A DNA stretch of 64,000 nt, taken from Verrucomicrobiota bacterium. Lineage in GTDB: Bacteria; Verrucomicrobiota; Lentisphaeria; Lentisphaerales; Lentisphaeraceae. The position numbers were made by a program, and so were the translations under genes. The stretch is from assembly GCA_039798785.1 (NCBI GenBank), contig JBDKFG010000004.1:48562-112561 (forward strand). Direction: 5' to 3'. Below, piece after piece: positions 10,648 to 19,411 of the stretch. Under the pieces are notes generated by a model. The model did not search any database, was not told the DNA's origin, and saw nothing but the letters and a program-made list of their open reading frames with translations. Within the stretch, counting starts at the first letter, position 1, and the number at the start of each line of letters is the position of its first letter.

Positions 10648-11429
10648 TGGAAACCCTGCACCAGCTCAGCGACGCAGCTCTCGACGGGCTCGCCCGGGCC
10701 CTCCGCTCGGGCGCCCTGGCGCAAGGATTGGGTCGCCAGGCGCTGCAAAGTTTTGCCGGACCCAGCCTGGCGCCGCGTCTCCTCGAGGAACTGCGGCAAC
10801 TGGAGTCCGACGGCTTCGGCCCGGCCCAGCTCGCCGTCTTGGTCGAAGAAGTCGCCCGGGCCCGCTCGCTCGCCCAGCCGATCCATCACATCCTCGATCT
10901 CGTCCTCTCCGGACCCGAGGCCCCGGGGGTGCCGGTGCGCGACACCTCGGTGGTCTTCAACGAATTGGTCGAAGAAGCCCAGGGCTCGATGCTGATCGCC
11001 GGCTACGCCTTCTACCAAGGGAAGGAGATCTTCGCCCGTCTCGCCGCCAAGCATGACGCCGATCCCGCCTTCGAACTCGATTTCTGCCTCGACATCAGCC
11101 GCAAACCGGCCGATAGCAGCCGCTCCGAGGACATCGTCACCCGTGCCCGCCTCGACTTCCTCGAGCGCAATTGGCCCGGTCGCCGCCCGCCCCGCCTCTG
11201 GCATGATCCGCGTTCGCTCCTGCCCGAGGCCAAGCAACGCTCCTCGCTGCACGCCAAATGCGTCCTGGTCGACAGCTGCCTCGCCCTGGTCACCTCGGCC
11301 AACTTCACCCAGGCCGCCCAGCGCCGCAACATCGAAGCCGGCCTCATTCTCCGCCACGCCCCCAGCGTCCTGCGCCTGGAGTCGCACTTCCGCCAGTTGA
11401 TCGAACGCGGTGTGCTGCAGCGGGGCTGA
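10647..11429 (+). CDS. drmC: DISARM DrmC, phospholipase D-family nuclease
   Basis: ATG overlaps the drmB stop (TGATG). Single HKD motif LHAKCVLVD plus TSANFT and NIEAG. Confidence 0.9.
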   Translation: METLHQLSDAALDGLARALRSGALAQGLGRQALQSFAGPSLAPRLLEELRQLESDGFGPAQLAVLVEEVARARSLAQPIHHILDLVLSGPEAPGVPVRDTSVVFNELVEEAQGSMLIAGYAFYQGKEIFARLAAKHDADPAFELDFCLDISRKPADSSRSEDIVTRARLDFLERNWPGRRPPRLWHDPRSLLPEAKQRSSLHAKCVLVDSCLALVTSANFTQAAQRRNIEAGLILRHAPSVLRLESHFRQLIERGVLQRG

Positions 11430-11580
11430 CCCAGTGCTTGTAACACACTTTGTCGACCTTAACAGGCGGGATGTTACGGAGCCGTTTCTTGGTTAGGTCA
11501 ACCTAATCCGACTCCGCCGGAACCGAAGCCAACCACGAAAGGCAGGAAAGGCACGAAAGGGAACCGCAGAAGCCGAAATG

Positions 11581-11628
11581 CAGGGCTGCCGCCCCGCCCC
11601 CCGCTCGGGGACTCGTCCCCGAACCCCG
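11581..11628. repeat. Dispersed GC-rich palindromic element (copy 1)
   Basis: CAGGGCTGCCGCCCCG...GGGGACTCGTCCCC..ACCCCG is nearly identical to 26131-26178. A related inverted copy lies at ~44990-45044. Confidence 0.8.
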
Positions 11629-11969
11629 TGACTCTCTCGTCGCTCCGCTCCGGCTGCGACAAACCGTCCTTGCCGGTTTTTCTCAGACTCTTTTCCGGCG
11701 CTCCGCTTGACACGAAATCACGTGACAAAAAATGGTCACGAGAATCAGGTAAGCGGTCTAAATTCCGCAGCAGCGGAATGGAACCTGGTTGAAAGGCAAA
11801 CACATGAACACAAGCAACAAGAAAAATAAGTAAGGCCCTGCGAGCGCCGCAGCCATTGCGGATGTCGAGCCGGTTCAATCCTGATGATCTGCCGCTAGTC
11901 GTTGCTGTTTCAGCTCCACTTTTCGGCTCTCCCGGGAATTTTGCGGGTTGGCCGCCGCGCTTGCTTGTT

Positions 11970-12220
11970 CGACCCCGAAGCGGGTCGGTGATTTTAGCCC
12001 AGGGTTGAGCCGCATCGGCGACACCCTGGGTAAGCGCCAGTCATGAAAACCGACCCCAAGGGGGTCACGGAAAAGGCGGGAACGAAGGGGGCGCTTCGCT
12101 GCCAGCACTCTCGGACCTCCTTGACCCCTTCAGGGTCGAGATTCCGCACCCTGATGACCCGGGGTGTCGCCGATGCGGCTCAACCCCGGGCTAAAATCTG
12201 CCACTCCCTTGGAGTGAAAT
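11970..12220. mobile_element. MITE/REP-like element with nested inverted repeats
   Basis: 11990-12028 (ATTTTAGCCCAGGGTTGAGCCGCATCGGCGACACCCTGG) pairs with 12159-12198. Inner GACCCC..GGGTC palindromes at ~12052 and ~12123. Confidence 0.65.
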
Positions 12221-12341
12221 CCGCAGCAGGTCACCAAGTCTACAATCAGGGATTCAACCCACCAACTTCCCGGGAGAGCCCACTTTTCAACCTTCCAACC
12301 TTTCAACTGCGGAATTTAGGGTCAAGTGCGTACTTGCGTGT

Positions 12342-12880
12342 TTACGGGTGGGTCAGCCCCAGCTTGTCGAAGCCGCAGCCGCCTTTGGCGGGGTCGCAGT
12401 TCCAGTAGAAGCGCGGGCCGTCCTTGCGCAGCTTGGCTTCGCGTCGGCAAGCGGGGCAGCTGAAGTCGATCGGGGTGTTGCCCTCGCAGGCGCGGCACTT
12501 GAAGTAGTAGCCGTACTTGCCGTATTGGATCTCCAGGTGGCCCAGCGGCGCCGGGCACTTGCTGCACCCTGGCGACTTTTGCGGACGGATGGTGCTCGGA
12601 GTTGCAGGGGCAGGGGCGGCAGTCGCGGGTTTCGCAAGAGCGGGTGGTGACTGGGGCAGGGGAGCCGCGGCACGGGCAGGGGAGGGGGGAGTCGCGACTG
12701 TTGGGGAAGCAGCGACGGCAGGGAGGGGACGCGGCGTGTGGCGGTCCTTGAGGAACTTGGCGATGCGTTGCAGTTCGGCATCCTTGAAGCTGCGGGGTGC
12801 GTCGCTGCGGAAGAGCGAATCTTTCTTGCTCATCGCGACCAGGCAGTCCCAGTGGAAGTAGTGGTCTTTCGGGGTCAGGG
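12342..12880 (-). pseudogene. 5'-truncated gene with C-terminal topoisomerase-type C4 zinc ribbons
   Basis: CSKC...GKYGYYFKC..C and CPAC...FYWNC motifs after a Pro/Ala linker. The frame extends upstream of Met 12833 and hits a stop inside the end of the neighbouring gene. Confidence 0.5.
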
Positions 12881-13753
12881 TGATTTGAGCTCATCATAGC
12901 ACCGTAAGAGCTTCTGCACCAATTCATAGGCGCGCCGGGCCAACATGAGCTGCGAGTCTTCGTCAACGGGGTCGTGAAACTCTACCAGTTGTTGCGGTCC
13001 GAAAGACTCGACACGGGCGAATTTCTCCCGGAGGATGGCGACTGCGGTGTCGATGTTCCCATCCTGCCTGTTCCGCCAGTTCTCGGCAAGGCTTTGAATG
13101 CCGTCCGGGTAGCGATCGAGGCAGTAGCACAAGTCGTAGCTGTCCTTGGGTTTGTCGCGCCCGCCAATGGCATGAGCTTTCATCACCAGGAAATCCGCCA
13201 GCGAGGCGACTCGCAAGGTGACGGTGTTGAGGGCGCCTCGCGCGCTCTTTCCTTCCAATCGGATCGTCTCCGGGTTGAGAAAGGCGACGCTGGCCGCTGC
13301 CACTTGCAGGACGCGGAAATCATTCAGCAACTTCGGCTTGCGCTTCTTCAGCTTCACTTCTTTCGGCGCGAGGAATTCCAACTCGACCTCCACCGGGCGT
13401 TCGCCGTCCTTGAGGTCGATGTCGATGAGAAGCTGGAAGTCTTTGCGGCCATGCCGATAGCGCTTGGTGTCGAGAAGGAGCTGGATCAGCTCGGCGTATC
13501 GGCCATCGTTCAGCTTGGAGGCATCCAGGGCCAGATCGACATCAATGCTGCCGACGTGAGCCTCGTCTTTCATCGATGCGGGCGGTAAGAGCAGATCTGG
13601 CGTCCAGCCACCAACTACCACAAGGCAATCGGCAAAAGAGGCCAGAACTTGCCCGACATCAACCAAAACGCGACGAGCGGCCTCGGTCTGGCGGGAGGCA
13701 TAAGCGCTTTGATTTCTCGCGTCGGGGTTCATGGTTTCGGTCCTCGCTGCCAT
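12875..13753 (-). CDS. Nucleotidyltransferase, AbiEii-like toxin
   Basis: VVVGGW, GSIDVDL, MKAHA and KPKDSYDL motifs typical of the Pol-beta NTase AbiEii-like fold. Confidence 0.75.
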   Translation of the reverse strand: MAARTETMNPDARNQSAYASRQTEAARRVLVDVGQVLASFADCLVVVGGWTPDLLLPPASMKDEAHVGSIDVDLALDASKLNDGRYAELIQLLLDTKRYRHGRKDFQLLIDIDLKDGERPVEVELEFLAPKEVKLKKRKPKLLNDFRVLQVAAASVAFLNPETIRLEGKSARGALNTVTLRVASLADFLVMKAHAIGGRDKPKDSYDLCYCLDRYPDGIQSLAENWRNRQDGNIDTAVAILREKFARVESFGPQQLVEFHDPVDEDSQLMLARRAYELVQKLLRCYDELKSP

Positions 13754-14832
13754 TCAGGTTTCAGTCGCTGTTCGAGCAGGGCTTCTGCGGCTTCCGCACC
13801 TCGACCGCCGCTGTGCCACAAATCGACATAGGTCTGCACGAGGTTGGTACAAGCAAGGGCATCGTTGCCGCCTCGATCGGCGGGGAAGAAGACGCCGTCG
13901 TCGTGAGGGATCAGAATGACCAGGTTGTCGCCCGAGTCGATGCGTTTCGCCTCGGCCAAGCGCTCCAAATGGGGCAGGTCCTGTTCCCGCAGATAGAGCC
14001 AGGTCTTGTTTTGCCGAACGTGCGGGGCTTGTTGCTCCGCTGCGGAAAAGACGGAGTAGAGGGCATGCCCTTGAGTCGCCTCGGCCAGTGAAGCTAGAGC
14101 GCGACGCAGCTTCTCGCCTTGTTGGAGGGTGAAGTAACCCACGCGACGGTGCTTCTTGAAGCGATAGGCGTCGCGCCAAGCGAAAAGCAGCTTGAGGGGC
14201 TCTAGCAAACGAAGACCGCCGTCTTTGTCCTCGCCGATCAAAGCTTCGTCGCGAAGATGCCGGATCACTTTGTTCACTAGGCCGAGACTCACCTGTGCCC
14301 GTTTTTGCAGCTCCCGCTGCGTCCACAATCGCCCCGCGTGTTCTGGAAGAAGGAGCGCCACGATCACCCGGCCAGTCGATCCGGACCCGAGATGGGTCGT
14401 CGGACGCGGCGCTTTCACGGTCGATTCCAGCCCGCTGCGCTGCAATCGCAGGAGGCCGGGAATGTCGAGGGAGTGATTGCCGGCGAGATCGAACCAGCTC
14501 CACCCCCATTGAGCGCACAATTCCGCCATTCGTGGCGACACCCAGGGCATGGCAAGCACCGGCACGATCCATGGGCCTGCAGCTTCGAGGCTAGCGCTTG
14601 CGGCACGATATTGCTCCAAGAGCAAGGGGAAGTGGCTGGGTCGCAGTTCCCGTTTGCATTTGACGAGCAAGGTCGCACGTCCACCTCCTGGCAGCGGGAG
14701 TCTGATCAGGAAGTCACTGCTATCCGCTTGAGATTGCAATTCCCCTGGAGACAGCCATGGCACGCTCCGCAGCAGATTTTCCAAGGCCAAGGCACAAGCT
14801 TGAGTGTGAGTGTCGCTTGTAATTTTGTTCAT
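13729..14832 (-). CDS. AbiEi-like antitoxin / transcriptional regulator
   Basis: wHTH-like TQRELQKRAQVSLGLVNKV and C-terminal VQTYVDLWHSGGRGAEAAE. Coupled to the NTase gene. Start at 14832 or 14871. Confidence 0.75.
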   Translation of the reverse strand: MNKITSDTHTQACALALENLLRSVPWLSPGELQSQADSSDFLIRLPLPGGGRATLLVKCKRELRPSHFPLLLEQYRAASASLEAAGPWIVPVLAMPWVSPRMAELCAQWGWSWFDLAGNHSLDIPGLLRLQRSGLESTVKAPRPTTHLGSGSTGRVIVALLLPEHAGRLWTQRELQKRAQVSLGLVNKVIRHLRDEALIGEDKDGGLRLLEPLKLLFAWRDAYRFKKHRRVGYFTLQQGEKLRRALASLAEATQGHALYSVFSAAEQQAPHVRQNKTWLYLREQDLPHLERLAEAKRIDSGDNLVILIPHDDGVFFPADRGGNDALACTNLVQTYVDLWHSGGRGAEAAEALLEQRLKPEWQRGPKP

Positions 14833-14911
14833 AGAATCACCATGTTCATGTTTTCGTGAACAGTAGGTCATTCGTGAACATTGTCAAGAGCAAGCTAAGC
14901 GCTCATGCGGC

Positions 14912-16459
14912 TTATGAGCTCCATGATCGGAGGCATGTCACGAGCTCCGTGTGGCCAGCATTGGCAGCCAAATCCATCGGCAAGTGACCTTCAGCGTCGT
15001 AGATATTTAACTTGGCTCCAGCCTCTAGCAAAAGTTTGACGGCCTCTATGTGGCCACCACTGGCAGCCCAGTGAATTGGGGTGCTAAGGTCGGATGCTTG
15101 AACATTCACCTTGGCGCCGGCTTTGAGCAGGAGCTTCAAGCTCTCCGTGTGGCCACCACTGGCAGCCCAATGAATGGGGTGGCGTCCTTCTGAATCTCGA
15201 ACATTCACTTTGGCACCGGCTTCGAGCAGGAGTTTGACGAGTTCGGGCTGAGCCGTTGAATCTATGGGGTGACGACCTTCTGCATCCTGGACATTCACCT
15301 TGGCACCGGCTTCAATGAGGAGTTTTGCACTCTCAAACGACGCACCATGAATGGCCCGTTGGCCATCATGAGTTTGGGCATTCACCTTGGCACCTGCTTC
15401 GAGAAGAAGCTTCACAATTTCAATATGCCCGTGCTGGGCAGCCTGCTGAAGAGGCTGAATCCCGAATCCATGCTTGGTATTGACTTGGGCCCCTGCCGAT
15501 AGCAGGAACTTCACGATCTCGGTCTGGCCAAACAGAGCGGCGACATGAATCACTTGCCAACCCTCAGCTGGCAAAAGATCAATTTTCCGTGCCTCTGCAT
15601 CAAAAAGAATCTTCACGATTTCAAGATAGCCATTTTGCGTTGCAAGGTGAATGGGCTTTAAATCGTTAAAATCACGGAAATGGGGATTTGCGCCAGCGGC
15701 AAGGAGTATTTGGACCATCTCGAGATGGCCGAATTCGGCAGCAAAATGTAGAGCTTGGGTGCTGTTTGTCGGAGGAGTATTCACCTTGGCGCCTGCGGCG
15801 AGGAGCAGTTTGACGATCTCAAGATGGTTCTTGCTAGCGGCTGCATCAAGGGGTTGCCAGCCGTACTTATGCCTCGTATTCGCCTTGGCGCCAGCAGAGA
15901 GGAGGAGCTGGACGATCTCTAGGTGCCCATTCTCAGCCGCGACATGAATGGGCTGCAAACCAACATGATCAGCAGCATCTGCCTTGGCGCCAGCTGTGAG
16001 GAGAATTTTGACGATTTCCAGGTGCCCATTCTCAGCCGCGACATGGATGGGGTGGAGACATTCCTTGCCTGGAGCATCTGCCTTGGCGCCAGCTGTGAGG
16101 AGAATTTTGACGATTTCCAGGTGTCCATTCTCAGCCGCGACATGGATGGGGTGGTTGCCGACTTCATCTGGAGCGTCTACATCTCCCCCAGCGACAAGGA
16201 GAAGCTTCACGATCTCATGGTGACCAAATTCAGCCGCGACATGAATGGGTTGCGAACCGTCTTTTTGCTGAGCATCCACCTTGGCTCCTGCCAGAAGCAA
16301 CAGCCTGACAATTTCAACATGGCCAAACAGTGCGGCCAGATGGATGGGCTGACGCGCATTCATCTGTTGTGTATTGACATTGACGCCAGCTTTGATCAAG
16401 CGTCTAACGGTCTCAATATCGCCGGTGTATGCGGCACTTCGCAATGATGAATTTTTCAT
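14912..16459 (-). CDS. Ankyrin-repeat protein (~15 repeats)
   Basis: Repeated PIHxAAxxGHxEIVKLLLxAGA. Near-identical 99-bp DNA repeats at ~15920-16150. Confidence 0.95.
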   Translation of the reverse strand: MKNSSLRSAAYTGDIETVRRLIKAGVNVNTQQMNARQPIHLAALFGHVEIVRLLLLAGAKVDAQQKDGSQPIHVAAEFGHHEIVKLLLVAGGDVDAPDEVGNHPIHVAAENGHLEIVKILLTAGAKADAPGKECLHPIHVAAENGHLEIVKILLTAGAKADAADHVGLQPIHVAAENGHLEIVQLLLSAGAKANTRHKYGWQPLDAAASKNHLEIVKLLLAAGAKVNTPPTNSTQALHFAAEFGHLEMVQILLAAGANPHFRDFNDLKPIHLATQNGYLEIVKILFDAEARKIDLLPAEGWQVIHVAALFGQTEIVKFLLSAGAQVNTKHGFGIQPLQQAAQHGHIEIVKLLLEAGAKVNAQTHDGQRAIHGASFESAKLLIEAGAKVNVQDAEGRHPIDSTAQPELVKLLLEAGAKVNVRDSEGRHPIHWAASGGHTESLKLLLKAGAKVNVQASDLSTPIHWAASGGHIEAVKLLLEAGAKLNIYDAEGHLPMDLAANAGHTELVTCLRSWSS

Positions 16460-16536
16460 GAATGGTTTGTCTCAAATAATAACATGGTTTGCCAATGAAT
16501 CGGCTATCAATTTTTTATTGTCTTAGTAACGATTTT

Positions 16537-17991
16537 CTAGTATGACTCAAAAAGTCGGAGATAATTGTCGCGGTTATTTTTGTCTTTAACCAGATCAATC
16601 ATCTCGACACCATTGCGATTTTTCGCATGGATATCTGCGCCATTTTTGATTAATATTGAACAACAGTTGGAGTTTCCCTTGCTGGCGGCTAAATGAATGG
16701 CTTGATCGCCATTTTCATCAACTTCGTCAATTTTAGGCCCAAGCTTCAGGAGGTTTTTAAGAACCTCATCACGTTTATAATTGCGGGATTCAACAAGATG
16801 ATGGAGAGGGGTTTTCCCGCGACTATCTTTAGCGTTGATATTGGCGCCATGATCGAGAAGAAATTTTAAAGTATCCCAATTGCCATTGATCGATGCTTGG
16901 TGAATCGCTTGGAATCCTTTTTTGTTGACCATGTCGATTTTGGCGCCGCGAAAGATTTGGAATTCTAGGTAATGGAGCCTAATGGGCGCATCCGCACGGC
17001 TGACAAAGGTCTCCGCATCATCGATAGGCCCTGCCAGATCCATCGGGGTTTTGCCCTCATGATTCTGATAATCTGTTTTAGCTCCGCGTTCAATGAGTAA
17101 TTTATACAGGGGTAATTTGTGGTATTGAGCCGCGTAATGGAGGGCTTGATTATTTAAATCATCTATGGCGTCAACTTTGGCTCCATGATCTAATAAAAAC
17201 TTCATAAATTCAAGGTCAGTATTTTGTTTTGCGGAAAAGTGAATCAACTCTGTCTGGCCGAGAGGATTGACGCGATCGCGATCATTTCCAAAGTAGCTGT
17301 TGAAGCCAATTCTGGCGCGGGCATCGATCTTGGCGCCATTGTCGAGAAGGAATTTCAAGGTTTCGATATCGCTGACTCGATGGATCGCTTGCAGACCGAG
17401 TTCATAACCGTCAATTTTGACCCCAGCCTGCAAGAGTTTTTTAAGATATTTATTGAGATTCATCGATTTTTGTGAAATGGCGACTAAATCTGAAAAGAGA
17501 TGGTTGTCGGCATGGGCTTTGTTAGCGAGCAGAAAATCAAACATTTCTTCATTGTTTTTTGTGGCGGCGAAATAAAGTGCTGTTCTAGCACTGGCATTTT
17601 GGGTTTTGGCGTTAATGTCAGCGCCCTTTTCGAGAAGGAGCTTGAGCATCTCGATATTCCCCTTGGGGGCACTGGCCGCATGATGAATCAGCATGTCGCC
17701 CATGGTCCAAGATTGATGTTCTCGTGTATTGGGAATAAACTCATCGATTTTGACCATCTTGTTTTCAAGATAAAACTTGACGATCTCGACGCGACCGGTT
17801 TTTGCCGCCAAGCCACAGGCATCGAAGATGCGGTCTCGTTCAAAAATCTTGCCATTGTCAATGGCCTCTTTCAGTTCCTCGACAGTCCCTGTGGCCGTGA
17901 TTTTCACGAGCTTTTCGGTGTATTCCTTGTGAGTCAGATTGCCGGGGGCAGACTGGAAAAGCAAAACGCTGAGGAGTGCAGTGTTAAGCAT
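16537..17991 (-). CDS. Ankyrin-repeat protein with probable signal peptide
   Basis: Hydrophobic N-terminus and repeated LLxxGAxIxAxD..G.xAIH.A motifs. Confidence 0.9.
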   Translation of the reverse strand: MLNTALLSVLLFQSAPGNLTHKEYTEKLVKITATGTVEELKEAIDNGKIFERDRIFDACGLAAKTGRVEIVKFYLENKMVKIDEFIPNTREHQSWTMGDMLIHHAASAPKGNIEMLKLLLEKGADINAKTQNASARTALYFAATKNNEEMFDFLLANKAHADNHLFSDLVAISQKSMNLNKYLKKLLQAGVKIDGYELGLQAIHRVSDIETLKFLLDNGAKIDARARIGFNSYFGNDRDRVNPLGQTELIHFSAKQNTDLEFMKFLLDHGAKVDAIDDLNNQALHYAAQYHKLPLYKLLIERGAKTDYQNHEGKTPMDLAGPIDDAETFVSRADAPIRLHYLEFQIFRGAKIDMVNKKGFQAIHQASINGNWDTLKFLLDHGANINAKDSRGKTPLHHLVESRNYKRDEVLKNLLKLGPKIDEVDENGDQAIHLAASKGNSNCCSILIKNGADIHAKNRNGVEMIDLVKDKNNRDNYLRLFESY

Positions 17992-18093
17992 CAGATGGTT
18001 CCTTGATTTTGGTTAAGGAGAGAAGGAGGTGAGGGTATTGCGGCGAGTCAAACCGAATAAGAGGATATCTTAAATATCAGTTTTTTTGCGAAA

Positions 18094-18510
18094 ATTTGTC
18101 ATGGAATGGGAGGCCTTGAGTCTAAATGAAAAGTCGGGGGTGGCCTGGGAGCCCCACCCTCCGTGGTGGGTGCGCTGTGGAAGGTCCGGCACGGAGGCCG
18201 GGGCTCCCAGAGGGCGGCGGGTCAGAGCTAAAAGAGGATGTCTTTGCATGGGAATGAGTTGGGAATGAGTGAGGCTTTGGCGCGGGGGGAAACCTAAATG
18301 GAAAGCGAGGGTTTGGCAAGCTCCAGGAGAGGGAGCTTCCGGCCGCGGCGGCGGGACAGACCTAAAAGAGGATCTTTCTGATTTCCAGTTTGTTACGAAT
18401 GTTGTCATGGATCGGGAGGCCTTGAGTCTAAATGAAAAGTTGGCGTCCTGGGCGCCTCTCCGTGGTGAGGGTGCTGCGGCAGACCCGGCACGAAGGCCGG
18501 GGCTCTCAGG
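18094..18510. repeat. Two imperfect ~115-bp direct repeats (18094-18210 and 18399-18510)
   Basis: Both share TGTCATGGA..GGGAGGCCTTGAGTCTAAATGAAAAGT and CCGGCACG.AGGCCGGGGCTC.CAG. Confidence 0.85.
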
Positions 18511-18530
18511 ACTCAGGACGCAATTGGTCG

Positions 18531-19409
18531 TCATGAATTTAAAATGGTTTTGATTTCATTTATAGAAGACGGGGATCTTTCATCTGGATTTTCATGCAGT
18601 AAACCATCAACAATTTCAGTGATTCTCCCATCTGTTGGGTCTTTATATTTTGAAGGTCTTCCTGTTGACAATTCTCCAGTAACTAAAAACCACAACACAC
18701 GGGAAAATTGCCATAGATCAGATCGATAATCGACTATTGTTGTTTTGTCCGATGAGTATTTTATTAATTCAGGACTTAATATATTTCTTGGCCCAACAAC
18801 TTCATCGTGTTCGGTTATATCAGAAAAAATCCTTGATAAGTCATCGTCGGTGTTACCTGTATATTTTGACAGTCCGAGATCAATCATAAAAATGCTGTTG
18901 AATTTATTGTCCTGGAAAACAAAATTTGCTGGTTTAATATCTCTATGGATAAATCCTTTAGAATGTAAATGATCTAAAGACTCCAGAATATCATTTGCAC
19001 AATCAATTATAAATTTTGCTTTCTCAAATTTCGATTTTTGCATGTATTTAGTGCGTGCATGATTAAATTTATCATCTTTGAAATATTGCCACATATTAGC
19101 ATATCCTTTTTGAATCACAATAAATTCAAGGTTTAATCCTGAGCAGTTTAATATTCCATTCCCATATAGTTTTGAAATGTTTTTATGGCTTAATTTTTCC
19201 AAAGTTGCGATTTCATTGTGGAATCTTTTATATTTTAAATTATGCTTTGGGTTTGAAAATTTTACAACTACATCACAAGTAGGATAGGAGACTTTTTTCC
19301 CAATATATACTCCATTTGTTATGGCACTAGTTAGTTTATATTCAGTACCACAGTAACATCTAAAATTTTCTGGGAGTTTTAATTTTTCATCGCCAATTTG
19401 AATGTCCAT
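18531..19409 (-). CDS. Hanks-type Ser/Thr protein kinase
   Basis: VVVK, HRDIKPAN, DLG, SPE and SDLW motifs. Starts 2 nt after the ABC-ATPase stop. Confidence 0.9.
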   Translation of the reverse strand: MDIQIGDEKLKLPENFRCYCGTEYKLTSAITNGVYIGKKVSYPTCDVVVKFSNPKHNLKYKRFHNEIATLEKLSHKNISKLYGNGILNCSGLNLEFIVIQKGYANMWQYFKDDKFNHARTKYMQKSKFEKAKFIIDCANDILESLDHLHSKGFIHRDIKPANFVFQDNKFNSIFMIDLGLSKYTGNTDDDLSRIFSDITEHDEVVGPRNILSPELIKYSSDKTTIVDYRSDLWQFSRVLWFLVTGELSTGRPSKYKDPTDGRITEIVDGLLHENPDERSPSSINEIKTILNS

Positions 19410-19411
19410 TT

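Noticed and set aside
15920..16150. 99-bp DNA repeats as a DGR template/variable pair
   Set aside because: They are in-frame ankyrin unit duplications, and no reverse transcriptase is in the window.
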